Shown piece after piece: positions 1-4,754 of a DNA stretch of 4,754 bases. The position numbers were made by a program, and so were the translations under genes. How positions within the stretch are numbered: position 1 is the stretch's first letter; every line of letters starts with the position of its first letter. The notes beneath the pieces are model-generated. The model worked only from the letters and a program-made list of their open reading frames with translations. It searched no databases and was not told the DNA's origin. Source of the DNA: a virus (taxonomy: Duplodnaviria; Heunggongvirae; Uroviricota; Caudoviricetes); the IMG/VR virus record IMGVR_UViG_2695420685_000007. One strand, 5' to 3'.

Positions 1-2391
1 GCGGGGATTTCCGTCGGGCAGTATAAAGCCGCCATGCGTATGCTGCCTGCACAGTTCACCGACGTGGCCACGCAGCTTGCAGGCGGGCAAAGTCCGTGGC
101 TGATCCTGCTGCAACAGGGTGGTCAGGTTAAGGACTCCTTCGGCGGGATGATCCCCATGTTCAGGGGGCTTGCCGGTGCGATCACCCTGCCGATGGTCGG
201 GGCCACCTCGCTGGCGGTGGCGACCGGTGCGCTGGCGTATGCCTGGTATCAGGGCAACTCAACCCTGTCCGATTTCAACAAAACGCTGGTCCTTTCCGGC
301 AATCAGTCGGGTCTGACGGCAGATCGCATGCTGGTCCTGTCCAGATCCGGGCAGGCGGCAGGGCTGACGTTTAACCAGACCAGCGAGTCACTCAGCGCAC
401 TGGTTAAGGCGGGAGTAAGCGGTGAGGCTCAGATTGCATCCATCAGCCAGAGTGTGGCGCGTTTCTCCTCTGCATCCGGCGTGGAGGTGGACAAGGTCGC
501 TGAAGCCTTCGGGAAGCTGACCACAGACCCGACGTCAGGGCTGACAGCGATGGCACGCCAGTTCCATAACGTGACGGCGGAGCAGATTGCGTATGTTGCT
601 CAGTTGCAGCGTTCCGGCGATGAAGCCGGGGCATTGCAGGCGGCGAACGAGGCCGCAACGAAAGGGTTTGATGACCAGACCCGACGCCTGAAAGAGAACA
701 TGGGCACGCTGGAAACCTGGGCAGACAGGACAGCACGGGCATTCAAATCCATGTGGGATGCGGTGCTGGATATTGGTCGTCCTGATACCGCTCAGGAGAT
801 GCTGATTAAGGCAGAGGCTGCGTTTAAGAAAGCGGACGACATCTGGAATCTGCGCAAGGATGATTATTTTGTTAACGATGAAGCGCGGGCGCGTTACTGG
901 GATGATCGTGAAAAGGCCCGTCTTGCGCTTGAAGCCGCCCGAAAGAAGGCTGAACAGCAGAGTCAACAGGACAAAAATGCGCAGCAGCAGAGCGATACCG
1001 AAGCATCACGGCTGAAATATACCGAAGAGGCGCAGAAGGCTTACGAACGGCTGCAGACACCGCTGGAGAAATATACCGCCCGTCAGGAAGAACTGAACAA
1101 GGCACTGAAAGACGGGAAAATCCTGCAGGCAGATTACAACACGCTGATGGCGGCGGCGAAAAAGGATTATGAAGCGACGCTGAAAAAGCCGAAACAGTCC
1201 GGCGTGAAGGTGTCTGCGGGCGATCGTCAGGAAGACAGTGCTCATGCTGCCCTGCTGACGCTTCAGGCAGAACTCCGGACGCTGGAGAAGCATGCCGGAG
1301 CGAATGAGAAAATCAGCCAGCAGCGCCGGGATTTGTGGAAGGCGGAAAATCAGTTCGCGGTACTGGAGGAGGCGGCACAACGTCGCCAGCTGTCTGCACA
1401 GGAGAAATCCCTGCTGGCGCATAAAGATGAGACGCTGGAGTACAAACGCCAGCTGGCTGTACTTGGCGATAAGGTCACGTATCAGGAGCGCCTGAACGCG
1501 CTGGCGCAGCAGGCGGATAAATTCGCACAGCAGCAACGGGCAAAACGGGCCGCCATTGATGCGAAAAGCCGGGGGCTGACTGACCGGCAGGCAGAACGGG
1601 AAGCCACGGAACAGCGCCTGAAGGAACAGTATGGCGATAATCCGCTGGCGCTGAATAACGTCATGTCAGAGCAGAAAAAGACCTGGGCGGCTGAAGACCA
1701 GCTTCGCGGGAGCTGGATGGCAGGCCTGAAGTCCGGCTGGAGTGAGTGGGAAGATAGCGCCACGGACAGTATGTCGCAGGTAAAAAGTGCAGCCACGCAG
1801 ACCTTTGATGGTATTGCGCAGAATATGGCGGCGATGCTGACCGGCAGTGAGCAGAACTGGCGCAGCTTCACCCGTTCCGTGCTGTCCATGATGACAGAAA
1901 TTCTGCTTAAGCAGGCAATGGTGGGGATTGTCGGGAGTATCGGCAGCGCCATTGGCGGGGCTGTTGGTGGCGGCGCATCAGCGTCAGGCGGTACAGCCAT
2001 TCAGGCAGCTGCGGCGAAATTCCATTTTGCGACCGGAGGATTTACGGGAACCGGCGGCAAATATGAGCCAGCGGGGATTGTTCATCGTGGTGAATTTGTC
2101 TTCACGAAGGAGGCAACCAGCCGGATTGGTGTCGGCAACCTGTACCGCCTGATGCGGGGCTATGCGGAAGGTGGTTATGTGGGCGGTGCCGGAAGTCCGG
2201 CGCAGATGCGGCGGGCTGAAGGCATTAATTTTAATCAGAACAACAACGTGGTGATTCAGAACGACGGTACGAATGGTCTGCCAGGTCCACAGATGATGAA
2301 GGCAGTGTATGACATGGCCCGCAAGGGTGCCCGTGATGAAATTCAGACACAGATGCGTGATGGTGGCCTGTTCTCCGGAGGTGGACGATGA
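1..2391 (+). CDS. H: Tail tape measure protein (lambda gpH-like), 5'-partial: the reading frame is open from base 1 and the real start lies upstream of the window
   Basis: Frame 1 is open from position 1 (AGISVGQYKAAMRM...) to TGA at 2389-2391, so the ATG at 34 in the ORF track is internal. Protein shows an N-terminal hydrophobic segment, a long charged Ala/Gln/Lys/Glu/Arg-rich helical region, a Gly-rich tract and a ...MRDGGLFSGGGR C-terminus, and I recognise it as lambda gpH. Position directly upstream of M-L-K-I matches lambda gene order. Confidence 0.94.
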   Translation, partial: AGISVGQYKAAMRMLPAQFTDVATQLAGGQSPWLILLQQGGQVKDSFGGMIPMFRGLAGAITLPMVGATSLAVATGALAYAWYQGNSTLSDFNKTLVLSGNQSGLTADRMLVLSRSGQAAGLTFNQTSESLSALVKAGVSGEAQIASISQSVARFSSASGVEVDKVAEAFGKLTTDPTSGLTAMARQFHNVTAEQIAYVAQLQRSGDEAGALQAANEAATKGFDDQTRRLKENMGTLETWADRTARAFKSMWDAVLDIGRPDTAQEMLIKAEAAFKKADDIWNLRKDDYFVNDEARARYWDDREKARLALEAARKKAEQQSQQDKNAQQQSDTEASRLKYTEEAQKAYERLQTPLEKYTARQEELNKALKDGKILQADYNTLMAAAKKDYEATLKKPKQSGVKVSAGDRQEDSAHAALLTLQAELRTLEKHAGANEKISQQRRDLWKAENQFAVLEEAAQRRQLSAQEKSLLAHKDETLEYKRQLAVLGDKVTYQERLNALAQQADKFAQQQRAKRAAIDAKSRGLTDRQAEREATEQRLKEQYGDNPLALNNVMSEQKKTWAAEDQLRGSWMAGLKSGWSEWEDSATDSMSQVKSAATQTFDGIAQNMAAMLTGSEQNWRSFTRSVLSMMTEILLKQAMVGIVGSIGSAIGGAVGGGASASGGTAIQAAAAKFHFATGGFTGTGGKYEPAGIVHRGEFVFTKEATSRIGVGNLYRLMRGYAEGGYVGGAGSPAQMRRAEGINFNQNNNVVIQNDGTNGLPGPQMMKAVYDMARKGARDEIQTQMRDGGLFSGGGR
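2377..2385 (+). promoter_or_regulatory. Ribosome-binding site for M (GGAGGTGGA), embedded in the 3' end of H
   Basis: GGAGG core at 2377-2381, 6 nt upstream of the M ATG at 2388. The H stop overlaps the M start (ATGA), consistent with translational coupling. Confidence 0.6.
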
Positions 2392-2717
2392 AAACCTTCC
2401 GCTGGAAAGTGAAACCTGGTATGGATGTGGCTTCGGTCCCTTCCGTAAGAAAGGTGCGCTTTGGTGATGGCTATTCCCAGCGAGCGCCTGCCGGGCTGAA
2501 TGCCAACCTGAAAACGTACAGCGTGACGCTTTCTGTCCCCCGTGAGGAGGCCACGGTACTGGAGTCGTTTCTGGCTGAGCACGGGGGCTGGAAAGCCTTT
2601 CTGTGGACGCCGCCTTATGAGTGGCGGCAGATAAAGGTGACCTGCGCAAAATGGTCGTCGCGGGTCAGTATGCTGCGTGTTGAGTTCAGCGCAGAGTTTG
2701 AACAGGTGGTGAACTGA
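2388..2717 (+). CDS. M: Tail tip assembly / minor tail protein M (lambda gpM-like), 109 aa
   Basis: ORF 2388-2717, 109 aa, MKTFRWKVKPGMDVASVPSVRKVRFGDGYSQRAP..., recognised as lambda gpM. Its ATG (2388-2390) overlaps the H stop TGA (2389-2391), and a strong Shine-Dalgarno GGAGGTGGA sits at 2377-2385. Confidence 0.94.
   Translation: MKTFRWKVKPGMDVASVPSVRKVRFGDGYSQRAPAGLNANLKTYSVTLSVPREEATVLESFLAEHGGWKAFLWTPPYEWRQIKVTCAKWSSRVSMLRVEFSAEFEQVVN
2704..2712 (+). promoter_or_regulatory. Ribosome-binding site for L (AGGTGGTGA), embedded in the 3' end of M
   Basis: 8 of 9 match to AGGAGGTGA, 4 nt upstream of the L ATG at 2717. The M stop and L start overlap (TGATG). Confidence 0.6.
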
Positions 2718-3415
2718 TGCAGGATATCCGGCAGGAAACACTGAATGAATGCACCCGTGCGGAGCAGTCGGCCAGCGTGGTGCTCTGGGAAATCGACCTG
2801 ACAGAGGTCGGTGGAGAACGTTATTTTTTCTGTAATGAGCAGAACGAAAAAGGTGAGCCGGTCACCTGGCAGGGGCGACAGTATCAGCCGTATCCCATTC
2901 AGGGGACGGGATTTGAACTGAACGGCAAGGGCAGTGCTGCCCGTCCGACACTGACGGTTTCTAACCTGCACGGCATGGTCACCGGGATGGCGGAAGATCT
3001 GCAGAGTCTGGTCGGCGGAACGGTGGTCCGGCGTAAGGTTTACGCCCGTTTTCTGGATGCGGTGAACTTCGTCAACGGAAACAGTGACGCCGACCCGGAG
3101 CAGGAGGTGATCAGCCGCTGGCGCATCGAGCAGTGCAGCGAACTGAGCGCGGTCAGTGCCTCTTTTGTACTGGCCACGCCGACGGAAACGGACGGCGCTG
3201 TTTTTCCGGGACGTATCATGCTGGCCCACACCTGCACCTGGACCTATCGCGGCGATGAGTGCGGTTATCACGGTCCGGCGGTCGCGGATGAATATGACCA
3301 GCCAACGTCCGATATCACGAAGGATAAATGCAGCAAATGCCTGAGCGGTTGTAAGTTCCGCAATAACGTCGGCAACTTTGGCGGCTTCCTTTCCATTAAC
3401 AAACTTTCGCAGTAA
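2717..3415 (+). CDS. L: Tail tip protein L (lambda gpL-like), 232 aa, with a C-terminal cysteine cluster
   Basis: ORF 2717-3415, 232 aa, MQDIRQETLNECTRAEQSASVVLWEIDL..., recognised as lambda gpL. Its ATG (2717-2719) overlaps the M stop TGA (2715-2717) by 1 nt, and AGGTGGTGA at 2704-2712 is a near-consensus Shine-Dalgarno. Cys residues at protein positions 173, 182, 205, 208 and 212. Confidence 0.94.
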   Translation: MQDIRQETLNECTRAEQSASVVLWEIDLTEVGGERYFFCNEQNEKGEPVTWQGRQYQPYPIQGTGFELNGKGSAARPTLTVSNLHGMVTGMAEDLQSLVGGTVVRRKVYARFLDAVNFVNGNSDADPEQEVISRWRIEQCSELSAVSASFVLATPTETDGAVFPGRIMLAHTCTWTYRGDECGYHGPAVADEYDQPTSDITKDKCSKCLSGCKFRNNVGNFGGFLSINKLSQ

Positions 3416-3420
3416 ATCCC

Positions 3421-4164
3421 ATGACACAGACAGAATCAGCAATTCTGGCGCACGCCCGGCGATGTGCGCCAGCGGAGTCGTGCGGCTTCGTGGTAAGCAC
3501 GCCGGAGCGGGAAAGATATTTCCCCTGCGTGAATATCTCCGGTGAGCCGGAGGCGTATTTCCGGATGGCTCCGGAGGACTGGCTGCGGGCAGAAATGCAG
3601 GGTGAGATTGTGGCGCTGGTCCACAGTCACCCCGGTGCTCTGCCCTGGCTGAGTGAGGCCGACCGGCGGCTGCAGGTGCAGAGTGATTTGCCGTGGTGGC
3701 TGGTCTGCCGGGGGGCGATTCACAAGTTCCGCTGTGTGCCACATCTTACCGGGCGGCGCTTTGAGCACGGGGTGACGGACTGTTACACGCTGTTCCGGGA
3801 TGCTTACCATCTGGCGGGAATTGAGATGCCTGATTTTCATCGTGAGGATGACTGGTGGCGTCACGGTCAGAATCTCTATCTGGATAATCTGGAGGCCACA
3901 GGGCTGTATCAGGTGCCGTTGTCAGCGGCGCAGCCGGGCGACGTGCTGCTGTGCTGCTTTGGTTCATCGGTGCCGAATCATGCCGCCATTTACTGTGGTG
4001 ACGGCGAGCTGCTGCACCATATTCCTGAACAACTGAGCAAACGAGAGAGGTATACCGACAAATGGCAGCGACGCACACACTCCCTCTGGCGTCACCGGGC
4101 ATGGCGCGCATCTGCCTTTACGGGGATTTACAACGATTTGGCCGCCGCATCGACCTTCGTGTGA
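3421..4164 (+). CDS. K: Tail tip assembly protein K (lambda gpK-like), 247 aa long form: N-terminal JAMM/MPN (JAB) metalloprotease-like domain fused to a C-terminal NlpC/P60 cysteine peptidase-like domain
   Basis: ORF 3421-4164. The frame opens after a TAA at 3397-3399 and the first ATG is 3421, 5 nt after the L stop. JAMM signature readable in the protein: Glu20 (AESCGF), then His68-x-His70-x7-Ser78-x2-Asp81 (VHSHPGALPWLSEAD, nt 3622-3663). NlpC/P60-like residues: Cys121 (GVTDCYTLF, nt 3781-3783), His187 (NHAAIY, nt 3979-3981), His199. An alternative internal in-frame start at 3565 would give the 199-aa form that, as I recall, is the historical lambda K annotation. Confidence 0.88.
   Translation: MTQTESAILAHARRCAPAESCGFVVSTPERERYFPCVNISGEPEAYFRMAPEDWLRAEMQGEIVALVHSHPGALPWLSEADRRLQVQSDLPWWLVCRGAIHKFRCVPHLTGRRFEHGVTDCYTLFRDAYHLAGIEMPDFHREDDWWRHGQNLYLDNLEATGLYQVPLSAAQPGDVLLCCFGSSVPNHAAIYCGDGELLHHIPEQLSKRERYTDKWQRRTHSLWRHRAWRASAFTGIYNDLAAASTFV
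3549..3553 (+). promoter_or_regulatory. Internal Shine-Dalgarno (GGAGG) upstream of the in-frame ATG at 3565 inside K
   Basis: GGAGG at 3549-3553 with an 11-nt spacer to ATG 3565-3567, which is codon 49 of the long K ORF. The 3421 ATG has no recognisable SD in the preceding 20 nt (aaactttcgcagtaaatccc). Confidence 0.4.
4043..4050 (+). promoter_or_regulatory. Ribosome-binding site for I (GAGAGAGG), inside the 3' part of K
   Basis: Purine-rich GAGAGAGG with an 11-nt spacer to the I ATG at 4062. Confidence 0.45.
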
Positions 4165-4733
4165 AAACGGGGGCTGAAGCCATTCGGGCGCTGGCCACAC
4201 AGCTCCCGGCGTTTCGTCATAAACTGAGCGACGGCTGGTATCAGGTACGGATTTCCGGGCGGGACGTCAGCACGTCCGGATTGACGGCGCAGTTACATGA
4301 GGTTCTGCCTGACGGCGCTGTGATTCATATTGTTCCCAGAGTCGCCGGGGCCAAGTCAGGGGGCGTATTCCAGATTGTTCTGGGGGCTGCCGCCATTGCC
4401 GGATCATTCTTTACTGCCGGAGCCACCCTTGCAGCATGGGGGGCAGCCATTGGGGCCGGTGGTATGACCGGTATCCTGTTTTCTCTCGGTGCCAGTATGG
4501 TACTTGGTGGTGTGGCGCAGATGCTGGCACCGAAAGCCAGAACTCCCCGTACACAGACAACGGATAACGGTAAGCAGAACACCTATTTCTCCTCACTGGA
4601 TAACATGGTTGCCCAGGGCAATGTTCTGCCTGTTCTGTACGGTGAAATGCGCGTGGGGTCACGTGTGGTTTCTCAGGAGATCAGCACGGCAGACGAAGGG
4701 GATGGTGGTCAGGTTGTGGTGATTGGTCGCTGA
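4062..4733 (+). CDS. I: Tail tip assembly protein I (lambda gpI-like), 223 aa; N-terminal ubiquitin-like region followed by a Gly/Ala-rich hydrophobic segment
   Basis: ORF 4062-4733, 223 aa, MAATHTLPLASPGMARICLYGDLQRFGRRIDLRVKTGAEAIRALATQLP..., recognised as lambda gpI. Shine-Dalgarno-like GAGAGAGG at 4043-4050. Start lies 103 nt inside the K ORF in the -1 frame relative to K. The stop at 4731-4733 is followed by a short spacer toward J, outside the window. Confidence 0.92.
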   Translation: MAATHTLPLASPGMARICLYGDLQRFGRRIDLRVKTGAEAIRALATQLPAFRHKLSDGWYQVRISGRDVSTSGLTAQLHEVLPDGAVIHIVPRVAGAKSGGVFQIVLGAAAIAGSFFTAGATLAAWGAAIGAGGMTGILFSLGASMVLGGVAQMLAPKARTPRTQTTDNGKQNTYFSSLDNMVAQGNVLPVLYGEMRVGSRVVSQEISTADEGDGGQVVVIGR

Positions 4734-4754
4734 TGCAAAACATTTTATGTGAAA

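Noticed and set aside
34-36. ATG at 34 as the start of the tape measure gene
   Set aside because: The frame is open from base 1 with no stop, and the upstream residues (AGISVGQYKAA) read as continuous protein. The gene is cut by the window edge and 34 is an internal methionine.
443-1105. Minus-strand ORFs (443-742, 535-966, 872-1105) and small + strand ORFs (1292-1495, 1928-2152, 3156-3344, 3800-4036, 4489-4722) nested in the tail genes
   Set aside because: All are out-of-frame or antisense inside recognised genes, are short, and have Arg/Cys/Pro-rich translations. They are inconsistent with the clear single-frame coding signal of H, M, L, K and I.
1006-2000. Two minus-strand ORFs (1006-1536, 176 aa; 1482-2000, 172 aa) inside H
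   Set aside because: Both lie antisense to the repetitive helical and Gly-rich regions of the tape measure gene. Their Leu/Arg/Cys/Pro-rich composition is what you get from reading the complement of GCN/CAG-rich codons. No independent support.
1984-2649. Minus-strand ORF of 221 aa spanning the H 3' end and M
   Set aside because: Antisense to H and M; low-complexity composition (Ser/Arg/Pro/His-rich), no recognisable motif, and it crosses a gene junction on the opposite strand. Most likely spurious.
2615-3742. Minus-strand ORF of 375 aa antisense to L and K
   Set aside because: It lies entirely antisense to two recognised, tightly packed tail genes. Its translation is Pro/Arg/Ala/Ser-rich low complexity, typical of a reverse-frame artefact in GC-rich coding DNA, and I see no start-site context or recognisable domain.
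4062-4164. Possible programmed -1 frameshift fusing K to I
   Set aside because: I is in the -1 frame relative to K, but I found no canonical slippery heptamer (X-XXY-YYZ) in the K frame within the overlap, and I has its own ATG with a purine-rich upstream element. Independent initiation is the simpler explanation. The known lambda tail frameshift (G/GT) lies upstream of H, outside this window.
1-4754. A hidden novel defence or accessory system inserted in the tail operon
   Set aside because: Coding sequence is contiguous across 1-4733 in one orientation, and all five ORFs are accounted for by known tail genes. There is no unexplained intergenic space, no foreign-looking insert and no repeat array in which such a system could sit.

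Overview
The whole window is one densely packed, co-directional (+ strand) block of phage tail-assembly genes that I recognise as the tape-measure / tail-tip module of coliphage lambda or a very close lambdoid (pro)phage. It runs H (5'-truncated by the window edge), M, L, K, I in that order, with overlapping or near-abutting stop/start codons typical of the lambda late operon. Coding sequence covers positions 1-4733; the only non-coding stretches are a 5-nt L/K gap and the last 21 nt, which lead toward the J start outside the window. All minus-strand ORFs in the track are antisense to these genes and I treat them as spurious. I find no evidence of a previously undescribed system: everything here is explained by five known tail genes. 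The points worth a second look lie inside those genes: the K start-site ambiguity that decides whether a JAMM/MPN domain is included, the 103-nt K/I overlap, a cysteine cluster in L, and a Gly/Ala-rich hydrophobic segment in I. Identifications rest on my recognition of the translated proteins and on motifs readable in the sequence; no database search was run.
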